Below are positions 24,259 through 34,030 of a stretch of DNA of 64,000 nucleotides, one piece after another. The DNA comes from Entomortierella parvispora E1425. Taxonomy: Eukaryota; Fungi; Mortierellomycota. Each line of letters starts with the position of its first letter. Position 1 is the stretch's first letter. The notes below the pieces were generated by a model. That model was not told the DNA's origin, made no database searches, and saw only the letters and a program-made list of their open reading frames with translations. The stretch is taken from NCBI GenBank assembly GCA_020891255.1, contig BQFW01000008.1, positions 2,976,001 through 3,040,000 of the forward strand, written 5' to 3'. A program made the translations under genes and the position numbers.

Positions 24259-25806
24259 TCAACGCGAATATGCAATGGCTCGGCGAGCCAAGGCAGCTTG
24301 CCAGGCCACCTCCTCTCCGCTGGCTACCCGCAAGCCTACAACACTCCTCAGACCACGGAATGTCTGCAGGAGCCACCTCCAATCACCGCCACCCACCTCC
24401 TGTCGGGTGTGCCTCACGTTGAGGACTTTCATCTGCAGCAGTGAGCTGAGACAGCGGACACCTTGATCCTCGCGAAATGTCAGGAAAAAGACGTCTTCTC
24501 CGAGACGGGCGTAAGTGGAGCTCACATTGAGGACCCGTAGCTGCTCCAGCTGAGAAAGTCTCTCAAACATGTGGTGTGCACCTGCCCGCTCATCGTCGTC
24601 GCCCTCACCTTCATCCATCTCAATCGAGATCTTCCACTCTTGAAGCTGCCGGCAGACCCACGGTGCAGAGGACTGCATGACACTCGACGCAAGCAACGGG
24701 GTGTCAACGGACACCGACAACAGGTTGTTGCACGAGCAGAGCAAGTCATGCACCGTGGCACTCTCCAGTCCCTCGCAAAACTCGAGATTGACCCTCGTCA
24801 ATTTGCCAGCAAAGCTTCCCAACAGTGCCACCTTCGCCTCCTTACTCAAGCTGATCTGGTAAAGCGTCAGCTCAGGCACTCCTGGAGTAAGGGCCTCGAA
24901 CATGTTCTTGACTCGCACACCTTCAAGTCGACAGACGTCTAACCGCTTCAGATCGTTCCACGGCAGACCTTGGCTGAGGATTCCTGTAAGTGGTGCAGAG
25001 GAGCCTGGTGCCTGCCCCTTCTTACGAAGCATGGTCCATGGACCCCAAACCAAGACACGGAGGGCCCCTGAGATCTTGAGCAATCTACAAATCGCACGAA
25101 GAGAGTCAAAGTCAAAGAAACAACCTTGAAGCTCTATCTTCTTCAGGTCGCTCTCGCTGTCTAGGAGAACTGATGGCTTCAGATTCGTGAAGTGAACTCT
25201 AGCCAGTTGAAGAGATTGAAGTGTCGCGAACACTTTTAGAACCAAATCTCCAACGACTTCTCCATTTAGCGTAATATTGTCCAGCTCGAGTGTCGACAGC
25301 GCCTGTAATTGGGCAGCGTTCTTCCAGAACGTCAAGGTATTGGACCCAAATATATAGTTAGATACAGTCAAAGTGCGGATCATAGACCGATGCCGGAGGA
25401 GAAAGGTAGCTGGTTCCTTATCAAGACTGTAGGATCTCAAGGGTCGTTTTGGGATCTGGGCTTTTATTTGAAGCTCATTCAAGACGGCAAAGTTCAAGGA
25501 GAGGTACGGACCACAGAAAAGAGTCGGATCCCAGGTGACAATAAGAGACTGGACCTGATGTGCGTGAGAGCGGACAGAGTTCAGAGTGACGAACGCAGCC
25601 CGTCTGTTTGGGCCCAGTTGTACATATCGCCAAAAGACGCTTGCAAAGGTTGTATGGAAATTCCTGTTGACATGGAGACAACTGTGAACATCTCGCGGGG
25701 ACAAATATGACGAAATTTCCATAAGAATCTCGGGGACATCCAGAGGGCTATCGGGTGCCTGACCACGAACGGAGGCAAAAGTGACTGAAGAAGCAATGTT
25801 CGTCAT
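24259..25806 (-). CDS. F-box/LRR protein, paralog C (515 aa, intronless)
   Basis: ATG 25806 (MTNIASSVTF...) matches the paralog D start. PLDVPEILMEISSYLSPRDVHSCLHVNRNF is followed by LRRs and PWVCRQLQEWKI. Confidence 0.9.
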   Translation of the reverse strand: MTNIASSVTFASVRGQAPDSPLDVPEILMEISSYLSPRDVHSCLHVNRNFHTTFASVFWRYVQLGPNRRAAFVTLNSVRSHAHQVQSLIVTWDPTLFCGPYLSLNFAVLNELQIKAQIPKRPLRSYSLDKEPATFLLRHRSMIRTLTVSNYIFGSNTLTFWKNAAQLQALSTLELDNITLNGEVVGDLVLKVFATLQSLQLARVHFTNLKPSVLLDSESDLKKIELQGCFFDFDSLRAICRLLKISGALRVLVWGPWTMLRKKGQAPGSSAPLTGILSQGLPWNDLKRLDVCRLEGVRVKNMFEALTPGVPELTLYQISLSKEAKVALLGSFAGKLTRVNLEFCEGLESATVHDLLCSCNNLLSVSVDTPLLASSVMQSSAPWVCRQLQEWKISIEMDEGEGDDDERAGAHHMFERLSQLEQLRVLNVSSTYARLGEDVFFLTFREDQGVRCLSSLLQMKVLNVRHTRQEVGGGDWRWLLQTFRGLRSVVGLRVASGEEVAWQAALARRAIAYSR

Positions 25807-26253
25807 GGCGAAATGAGTTTTGCACAAAAGAGGCGGCAGGCAGAAGAGTAAAGGTCACGTAGAGGAGCACAAGAGAAGCAACGCGAACGTAGAGGTCGTA
25901 AAGAGAGCCACAGAAGTCCTAAGACTCAGCACAATGAGATGTAAACACGGGCGAAAGGTCACCAAGAGAGGTCGTAAAGAGAGGCGAAAAGGTCTTGAAA
26001 AGATGCGCGAAAGTAGTGAGGCAACGAGGACTTGCAGGGTTGGGAAGGACAGACGCAGAAAACAAATGCAATCAGAGGGATGCAGGGTGAGGATGAAATG
26101 GATGGAATGAGAATGCAATGGCAATCAATCAAGTTAAGCCACAACAGCGGCAACGACGGAAGTATCGCTGTCAATTGACGTCTTGACCTGTTTGGTCATC
26201 ATTGACATTTGGGTCAAGGCCAAGAAGAGTCCAGTCAACAACGCACTGTCCCA

Positions 26254-26267
26254 TTTCGCGACGCGTC
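26254..26267 (+). promoter_or_regulatory. Conserved TTTCGCGACGCGTC motif, copy 3 (in the divergent F-box/NLR intergenic region)
   Basis: Identical 14-mer; CACGTG follows at 26329-26334. Confidence 0.6.
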
Positions 26268-26972
26268 TGGGAAGGATTTTGATTTACATGGCTCTGGCAC
26301 GCTCTTTTTGGGTTGCACTGATTGTCATCACGTGTCTCTTCCTGCTGTGTTCTCTCACTTTCACTTTCACTTCATTGCATGTCATTGCAACTTCACATAT
26401 GCCTTTCCCCGTCCTCTTCACTGGGAGCAATCACCACAGGGATCTTGAGGGAATGTCTTCAATGATCCCCATGGAGGCGGCCATCAGCGCCAAGGAAGGA
26501 CTCAATGCCAGGGTGCTGGGGTCGGACAATTGGCCCTCTGCATGCGCATAAGCAAGGCGAAGCATGCACTTCTTTTTCGACTCGTTTCTCTCCTTCATCT
26601 TGTTCCTCAATCTCTTCTTTCTTCCATCATTCCATCTCTCCATTTCATCTCTTCTCTTCCATTTGGTCATCATTTACATTTTGTCTCCATTGACATGATA
26701 CTGGTAAGCACTCTGAAACTGTTGTGTCAGGAACAGAAGCAAGGAGAGGTGTGTGGGATGGTTGCTTACGTTAGAAGTCTGTAATTCAAATGGATACCAT
26801 AGACTGTCTGAACGCTCAGAATCGTGTCCTGGCTTCCTAAGGAGAGAATACATATCAGTCGTGTCGAGGTACAGAATGCAAACAATCATCAGAGTTTTTT
26901 TATTCAACAGCGTGTCTGCGGTTGTCTTGGAAAAGTCACTCATCCTCATTGAATCCGTCCTAGGATACAGAA

Positions 26973-29900
26973 ATGGCGAGCCTACAGAAGACCCCTCTAC
27001 TTTCTAGTCAGTCATCCCCACAGAATACCTTCCCACGTTCCCCTCCGGTCGGCACGGCACATATCACCAGCAGCGGACCGCGTTCTTGGACCATGCTGGC
27101 TTCTGCGCCAGTCTTGTCACAGACTGATGTTTACTTTACATCTGTTCAGGGCTGTCGATCCGCATACAACCTGACAACAGGCATATCTTTGTCTAGCTCA
27201 AAAACACGTGGGACATCAACGACCTCCAGCTTCCCTGCTAAAATTCTTAGTGTTGTTGCAACTGGATCATCAGAAAAGAGTACCACCAACGCAGAGGCTC
27301 TCATGGACCATGATCATGTCCGGTCTGCTTCACATCCATCTGTTGACATATCCAAAGACTGGAGGTTGTCGGAAGGAGGATTATCTCCTATCACGACGCC
27401 TCATCCGACACCGACCACGATAAACTCGACAGTAATCAACTCGACGGATACACTGAGGAAGCATGTTGCCATTCCTGTACCTGGCCACGATGAACCAATA
27501 GAAGACACTGCCCAGCTTGCTTACTGCATTCGATTGCTCAATAAGAAGCATGGTATCCCCGATTCCTTGCTACCGTCTTCGTCATCAACAGAGCTTTCTC
27601 CCTCGACACACGAAAGTGATTACGAGGCATGGGTTCAATACATGGAAAGCAATCCGCTGGAGAAAGCTCATCTCTATAGTGTGGTGAATCGGATGGTCAG
27701 CAAGTTCGTGGAGGAGCCCACTTGGGAGACTGACTCCCTTCGAGAGGTAGTTCATATTGGTCCACTGCTTGACAAGGATCACCACCGCGAGCTAGTCAGG
27801 ATCGTTCTTCAGGGGTTTCAACGGAGCACCTCATTGGACATTAACGTTCTTCATGGGCTCGTTCAGTTGGTTCGGGATGGGCCTTCCGACTCTTGCGTGC
27901 CCGAAGATATGGTCCGTACCCTCGCCTACATCAGAGAGCGCCTGAAAAAAACTGTTGGAGAGGATACCGAGGATACTGTCTATTTGACTCGAGCGGCAAC
28001 TATCCTTCTTACAACCCTATCCACCTGCCAGTCAAAGGACCAGTACCACGTGGAATATGAGCGATGGCTCAAGGTTCTATCTACTTTGCAGAAAGACATG
28101 AACTCTCCCGTCAGGTTCCAAGCCAGATATGGAAGGCAGATATTGATTGCCGCTTCAAATCAGCGCACTCTGGACGGTGATCCCGACTTGAACCGAAGCG
28201 CGCGCAGGATCTCCAGACTGTTGAGGAGACCTCAGGAATCCTACCGACAGAAGCAATGGTTTCTGGATGTTCAACGAGCAAAGGGGCTGGCACGGAGCAG
28301 ACGTTGCACGGATTTATTTCTGTTGATACATCAGGGACCCAATGTTCACGACACCAACTTTCAATGGCACGCCTGTCAGATCCTTGGGGAACTTGCTGTG
28401 GATCCATCCTGCGATGACGATACACGCCACCAAGCCATCACTCTCATACACGAGTACGCCAAGGCCAGTGGCACTATTAAGTCTGGCCCGGTGATCAGGA
28501 GATGGGCGCTGACAATCCTTCGACACATTTCGGAGCTCTCAGTTGCATCCATGCCCGCAGGATCTTTTGATCCACAGGCAATCTACAACGAGGCGATCAT
28601 GGAAAATCCACCAAGCTTGATCTGTGGCAGGGGAGCAAGAAGCATGAAACCCTTCGATATCGCTCACCCTTTGACAAGCAGCCTGCCTCCGCCGTCAACC
28701 TCTCCACTCCTGAACAAGGTCAACACTGATCCCGACATTGAATTTGCCATTGATCGTCTTCTTCGCCAACGATCCAGGGTCTATGACAGGTGCGCCATCT
28801 ATATCCAGTTGCTATCAAAACACAGTCTTCGAGCGTCAGAGGATGTCCTTGTTGAATTGCAGGAGCGGACAAAGAATTTTCTTGAGAGCAAGAGCCAGGT
28901 CCTCCTCGTCCTAGGAGATTCTGGTGCTGGCAAGTCGACATTTGGCTTGCGTTTGGAGAATGAGCTGTGGGCCGCATACAAAGCAGGGGGACCCATCCCA
29001 CTTTTCATTGATCTGAAAACAATCGACGCACCAGACAAGGATATGGTCCATCAGCATCTGGAAGACATGGGCCTTTTCACTGAGCAACAAATTGAAGACA
29101 TGCGGCAAACTCGACTGTTTATTCTGATCTGCGATGGCTATGACGAATATCAAAAATGGACCAACCTCCATACCAGAAACCAGTTCAACCGACCTCGACA
29201 ATGGCAAGCCAAGATGATCGTCAACTGTCGCACTCAGTATCTGGGACCCAACTATCGCAACTACTTTGAGCCAGAAACAGCGACCTTCGACAACTCCAAC
29301 TTTTCTCATTCGTCGGACCTGTTTGAGGAAGCCGTGATCGTCCCCTTCAGGATCACTCAGATCAACGAATATATCGAGCTATTCACGCAAGCACCAAAAA
29401 CCATAGAGTACCTCGGTGAAGAAGCAGGGTGGAGCACGGAACAGTACATGGAGCGCCTCAAGAGTATTACCCACTTGATGGAACTGGCCAAAAACCCCTT
29501 CATGCTGAAGATGATATTGGACGTTCTCCCAACAATCGCCAAAACCACCATCAAGATGACGCGAGTTGAACTCTATGATCGTTTTGTGGAACTTCATTTT
29601 GAGTCGGAACAACGGCGACTAAAGGCCCAGCATTCCAGCGGCAAGATGGACAATGGAACCATTTCAGCCTTCACTTCGCTCAAGGGCGATGAACTTATTG
29701 CTCATGGACTGGATTTCTCTAAGCAACTCTCACTCCACATCTTCAGAGAGCTGAAGGGTCTCAACTCGGTGACCTACTCGGTCATGCAGGACAGTGGATC
29801 ATGGAAGGACACATTCTTTGGGTCCGATGCTCAAGTTAGGTTTCTGAGGCAGTCAGCTCAACTAGTCTGTCGGGAGAACCTTCAGGATGCCCGCCATTTG

Positions 29901-32384
29901 ATACGCCACAAGGTTCGGCCCTCTCGCAAACCAAACTCGTACGAGTTCAGCCATCGATCGATGCTAGAGTATTATTACTCGTGCCTGATTTTCGATCCAA
30001 GAGGCAACGATCCGCAGCTAGATCTCGCAAACTGTCTTGATTCAACCGAGAGCCCGTTACCAGTCATCAACCACCCTCTTGGTCAAACCGATATCGTGTC
30101 GGAGCGTTCAGTCATCAATTTTCTAGCTGAGCGTGCTCAACACAGTCAAGGATTCAATGGCCAACTTCAAAGCATCTTGCAACTATCCAAGATTGAGACG
30201 AGAATAAGCCGAGCATCGGCCAATGCTATCACCATCTTGGTTCGAGCAAGAGAACGGTTCAATGGTGCAGATCTGAGAGGTATCCGAGTTCCTGGTGCGG
30301 ATCTGAGCTATGGCGACTTTGATTCAGCTCAACTCCAATGCTCGGATTTGAGAGGCACCATCCTTCGAAACGTCTGGCTGCATCAGGCCGACTTGAGCGA
30401 GGCACACATGGATGGTGTTGTATTTGGACAGTGGCCGTATCTCCAGGAAGAAGAGAGTGTGAAATGTTGTTCGTACTCGCCTGGCGGGGATTATTTGGCC
30501 GTTGGTCTCCATAATGGCACCATTGCCATTTATGACTCATCAACGTGGAGTGGAGATTCCTCGCATGGACACCCTGGTACTCCCAAGGATGCACAGACTG
30601 GCGGTCATAGATCCACCATGATTAGCCCCTCTGGTGTTGTTTCTTCTTTGGCTTATTCACCCAACGGCCGACGAATTGTCTCTGGCGGCGATGACAAGAT
30701 GGTGCGACTATGGGATGTCCACACTGGTGCTGTAATATCTCTATTGAGTGGCCATACGGAGGGGGTTACTTCTGTCGCATTCTCACCCAACGGGGATCAG
30801 ATTGCCTCCGCCAGCAACGACAGGACTGTACGAGTGTGGGATACTCAGACTGGCTCTCTAGTTTCAACATTTACCGGCCACACCGACAACGTTACCTCTG
30901 TGGCCTTTTCTCCTAGTAGAAAGCATATTGTCTCGGGCAGCGAGGACGACACCGTGCAACTTTGGGATGCACAGACAGGCGCCCTTATATTTCTCCTCAG
31001 TGGTCATACCGCCGAAGTCAGATGTGTAACGTTTTCGCCAGACGGTGAGCAAATCGCCTCAGGAAGTTCTGATCAAACTGTGCGACTATGGGATGCACAA
31101 ACTGGTGCTCTTACCCTCACCTTGAACGGCCACTCCTGGGAAGTGACAGCTGTTGTATACTCACCCAATGGTCAGCAGGTTGCCTCTGGAAGCGATGACA
31201 AGACTGTGCGCTTGTGGGATGTTCAGACAGGCTCTCTTTGCTCCACCATGAGTGGGCATAGGAAAGTGATTACTTGTGTGGCGTACTCACCCGACGGTCG
31301 ACAAATCGCCTCTGGTGGCGTGGATTCAACTGTGCGGCTACACGATGTCCAGGTGGACGAGACTGGTTACACCATGAATGGACATGCTGGCAGTGTATCC
31401 TCTGTGGCGTATTCTCCGAGCGGTCAGCAGATCGTTTCAGGAAGCTGGGATGGGACCATTCGATTTTGGGATGCAACGACGGGCGATCTTGGATCTACCT
31501 TGAGCCATTTAGGCACCAGTATTGTTCATTTTGTCTCGTTCTCACCCTGCGGTAATAGAGTCGCCTCATGCAGTGGCAGCACCGTACGACTATGGAATGT
31601 AAAAACAGGTGCTCCTATCGCTACGTTGAGCCTTACTGAGGATGTTCGGTCTCCTGTATTCTCGCCCAATGGAAATCAAATTGCCCTTGGTTGCGAGGAC
31701 GATGTGCAGCTTTATGATTCTCAGACCGGCGCACTTTGTAGCACCATGACTGGTCATGCCGACCTTGTTACATCTGTGGTTTACTCCCCTAACGGCAAGC
31801 AGATAGCTTCGGGAAGTAGGGATATTACAGTGCGACTGTGGGATGCACAGACTGCCACATTCACTTTTTCCCTAGGAGGACACACCGACTATGTGAATTC
31901 TGTGGCCTACTCTCCCAACAGCCAACAGGTTGCCTCGGGCTCGGACAAGATTATACGATTGTGGGATGCACAAACTGGACGCCTCTGTTCTACCTTGATG
32001 GGTCATACCGCAGATGTTACGGCCGTGGCATATTCACCTAGCGGCCGCATGCTCGCTTCAGGAGGTTATGACAAGACTGTGCGGTTGTGGGAGCTGCACT
32101 CCGGTGAATGTTTGGTTATATTACAAGGTTTCCAAGATGACGTTCAAAGTCTTGCCTGGAAGACTGGTCTCGAAGATACCTACTTTGTGGTCGGAAACTG
32201 GGACAAGTCTGTTCGGACATGGAGGGTTGTGGAGGCTGAAAAGGGTGACCTGGTGTGTTTGAACTGGCGATCAAGCCCACACATTCTGATTTTGACAAAA
32301 GCATGCATCCAGGGAGTGCAGGGCCTGAGTCGGACAAACCTGCGGTTATTGCAGCAGCTAGGAGCTGTCGGACAGCCGGGGTAA
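26973..32384 (+). CDS. NLR-like STAND protein 1: S/T-rich N-terminus, ARM-like helical domain, NACHT NTPase, pentapeptide repeats, ~14 WD40 (1803 aa, intronless)
   Basis: Walker A VLLVLGDSGAGKST (GDSGAGKS at 28914-28937), Walker B LFILICDGYDE, ELAKNPFML, YEFSHRSMLEY, pentapeptides FNGADLRGIRVPGADLSYGDFDSAQL, and tandem GH...V.SVAYSP.G..IASGS.D.TVRLWD repeats. Confidence 0.95.
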   Translation: MASLQKTPLLSSQSSPQNTFPRSPPVGTAHITSSGPRSWTMLASAPVLSQTDVYFTSVQGCRSAYNLTTGISLSSSKTRGTSTTSSFPAKILSVVATGSSEKSTTNAEALMDHDHVRSASHPSVDISKDWRLSEGGLSPITTPHPTPTTINSTVINSTDTLRKHVAIPVPGHDEPIEDTAQLAYCIRLLNKKHGIPDSLLPSSSSTELSPSTHESDYEAWVQYMESNPLEKAHLYSVVNRMVSKFVEEPTWETDSLREVVHIGPLLDKDHHRELVRIVLQGFQRSTSLDINVLHGLVQLVRDGPSDSCVPEDMVRTLAYIRERLKKTVGEDTEDTVYLTRAATILLTTLSTCQSKDQYHVEYERWLKVLSTLQKDMNSPVRFQARYGRQILIAASNQRTLDGDPDLNRSARRISRLLRRPQESYRQKQWFLDVQRAKGLARSRRCTDLFLLIHQGPNVHDTNFQWHACQILGELAVDPSCDDDTRHQAITLIHEYAKASGTIKSGPVIRRWALTILRHISELSVASMPAGSFDPQAIYNEAIMENPPSLICGRGARSMKPFDIAHPLTSSLPPPSTSPLLNKVNTDPDIEFAIDRLLRQRSRVYDRCAIYIQLLSKHSLRASEDVLVELQERTKNFLESKSQVLLVLGDSGAGKSTFGLRLENELWAAYKAGGPIPLFIDLKTIDAPDKDMVHQHLEDMGLFTEQQIEDMRQTRLFILICDGYDEYQKWTNLHTRNQFNRPRQWQAKMIVNCRTQYLGPNYRNYFEPETATFDNSNFSHSSDLFEEAVIVPFRITQINEYIELFTQAPKTIEYLGEEAGWSTEQYMERLKSITHLMELAKNPFMLKMILDVLPTIAKTTIKMTRVELYDRFVELHFESEQRRLKAQHSSGKMDNGTISAFTSLKGDELIAHGLDFSKQLSLHIFRELKGLNSVTYSVMQDSGSWKDTFFGSDAQVRFLRQSAQLVCRENLQDARHLIRHKVRPSRKPNSYEFSHRSMLEYYYSCLIFDPRGNDPQLDLANCLDSTESPLPVINHPLGQTDIVSERSVINFLAERAQHSQGFNGQLQSILQLSKIETRISRASANAITILVRARERFNGADLRGIRVPGADLSYGDFDSAQLQCSDLRGTILRNVWLHQADLSEAHMDGVVFGQWPYLQEEESVKCCSYSPGGDYLAVGLHNGTIAIYDSSTWSGDSSHGHPGTPKDAQTGGHRSTMISPSGVVSSLAYSPNGRRIVSGGDDKMVRLWDVHTGAVISLLSGHTEGVTSVAFSPNGDQIASASNDRTVRVWDTQTGSLVSTFTGHTDNVTSVAFSPSRKHIVSGSEDDTVQLWDAQTGALIFLLSGHTAEVRCVTFSPDGEQIASGSSDQTVRLWDAQTGALTLTLNGHSWEVTAVVYSPNGQQVASGSDDKTVRLWDVQTGSLCSTMSGHRKVITCVAYSPDGRQIASGGVDSTVRLHDVQVDETGYTMNGHAGSVSSVAYSPSGQQIVSGSWDGTIRFWDATTGDLGSTLSHLGTSIVHFVSFSPCGNRVASCSGSTVRLWNVKTGAPIATLSLTEDVRSPVFSPNGNQIALGCEDDVQLYDSQTGALCSTMTGHADLVTSVVYSPNGKQIASGSRDITVRLWDAQTATFTFSLGGHTDYVNSVAYSPNSQQVASGSDKIIRLWDAQTGRLCSTLMGHTADVTAVAYSPSGRMLASGGYDKTVRLWELHSGECLVILQGFQDDVQSLAWKTGLEDTYFVVGNWDKSVRTWRVVEAEKGDLVCLNWRSSPHILILTKACIQGVQGLSRTNLRLLQQLGAVGQPG

Positions 32385-32933
32385 GATTCAAGCAGATGGC
32401 ATCAGCGGAATTATCCATCCAGATGAAGCGACTCGATGGATAGAAAATAAAGAAAGCGCAAAGTAGACACATCAAGACGGGATTCTTGTTGTTGTTCTGG
32501 GCAGATACAACTTTTTTTTATTCTTTGGGCGCGTTCACTCGCACCGGTTAAAAGTTCTAAGGATGAGTCAGTTCTTCTTGAGAGGACGTCATAACTGTGT
32601 GGGACCCAAGTTTACACTGATCGAAGTCAAGATCCTGATGTATATCCGTTGACAGACCGAAGGGTTACACCCTGTACACGTATACGGAAATGCGACCAAC
32701 CCGATTAAAACCAGCCTCGCTGATTAAAAGAGCCATGTCTTTTTTTTATTTTATTTTTTATTTTGCAAGCTGCTACGGAGCATTGTTGGGAATATCAGAG
32801 GATGTATCTCAGCTTCCGAAAGGGACTCCCAACTCTCATTTATTGGTTCTATGTTTGTTGGCATGTGAATCTCAGAAGGTGACCTTCAACAACTCTAAAT
32901 GGGTCCCGATCCAATCAGGCCACAACGGTGTGC

Positions 32934-33660
32934 TTAACGCGAATATGAAATGGCTCCCAGGGCCAAGGCATCTATCCCCTCTGCCTCCTCTGTGCTGGCA
33001 ATGCGGAAGCAGACACGTTGTGCAGACCGCAAAAAGTCTGAGTCAACCGCCCCAGTCACCACGACTCAGCTCTTGTCGGGTGCGGCGCCGCTCTGGCGGA
33101 ACATCAGAAATGAGGCACCTTCATAGAGGTGGGCGTTCAAGCTGACATTAAGAAAACATAGCTGCCGCAGCTATGAGAGTCTCTCAAAGATGTGACAGTG
33201 TTGGTCCTCTACTCCTTCCTCGTCATTGTCCTGGTCCACCTCGATCGAGATCAGATCATCCATTGCTGAAGCCCTGGGCAGGCCCATGGTCTGGAAGACC
33301 GTAAAGTACTCGACGCTAGCAACGGGATATCTACAAATCTCGAGGGGAGGTTATAGCAGGAGCAGAGAGCATCCTGCACCGTATCACCCTCTAGCCCTTC
33401 ACAAGAATCAATTTAGATCTTTGTCAGGTTTACAGTCAGGTTCTGCAGTAGTGCCGCCTGCCCATCTGCACCGAGGATCACCTGCGAAAGCCTCAAGCAT
33501 GGCGCGCCTCGTGTCAACCCTTAAATGTCTCGGCCATTCTGTCTTCAGCGAGTCGATGAATGTGACGCCGATCCAAGTTTTTTCCATGGAAATCCACTGC
33601 AGATAACAGCGGAGACCGGCGCAAAAGTTCCCAGCGTCTTGCCTTCTTCGTGGAGAATGC
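32934..33660 (-). pseudogene. F-box/LRR relic (C-terminal half, frameshifted)
   Basis: Minus-strand fragments EGKTLGTFAPVSAVICSGFPWKKL (cf. KGQTVGTFEPVSDIICRGFPWKDL of paralog A) and ASTEEAEGIDALALGAISYSR* (cf. ASGEEVAWQAALARRAIAYSR*). The 3' flank GGGTCCCGATCCAATCAGG also matches the paralog C flank. Confidence 0.75.
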
Positions 33661-33786
33661 TCTGGATCTAGGACATTTTGTCACGTGTTGGAGAACTGGT
33701 GTTGATGGCCAGGACGGTAAGATACACCCTTAAATAGAACCACTATATGTAGTTGCTCGCACGGCGTGGCCCTCTGCTCTTTGTCT

Positions 33787-34030
33787 GTCTTATTCCACAT
33801 TGATCGATACTGACAGAGGCCAGCACGGCGACCCTTAGGTAGAGCAGCCCTCTCATTATTTATTATTACCAATACATGGTCCGTCTTATTCCACATTGAT
33901 CGATACTGACAGAGGCCAGCACGGCGACCCTTAGGTAGAGCAGCCCTCTCATTATTTATTATTACCAATACATGGTCCGTCTTATTCCACATTGATCGAT
34001 ACTGACAGAGGCCAGCACGGCGACCCTTAG
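33787..34030 (+). repeat. Perfect 96-bp tandem repeat, 2.5 copies
   Basis: The unit GTCTTATTCCACATTGATCG...CAATACATGGTCC starts at 33787, 33883 and 33979; the third copy is truncated after 52 bp. Confidence 0.95.

Larger units (their letters stand above)
21770..32400 (+). repeat. Segmental duplication, copy 1 (~10.6 kb)
   Basis: Direct repeat of 34695-45530. It starts at TGGTTTGCTCTGGACCCACACC, and identical spurious ORFs recur at offsets 13133-13139. Boundaries are approximate. Confidence 0.95.

Noticed and set aside
26973-27400. Possible N-terminal amyloid signalling motif (HET-s/R0, PP, sigma) in the NLRs
   Set aside because: The segment is S/T/P-rich without a recognisable G/N/Q pseudo-repeat, and no adjacent HeLo or gasdermin-type gene was seen.
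33787-34030. CRISPR-like repeat-spacer appearance; also the 122-aa repetitive ORF 33681-34049
   Set aside because: The spacers are identical, the host is eukaryotic, and no cas genes are present. The ORF is a by-product of the 96-bp period.
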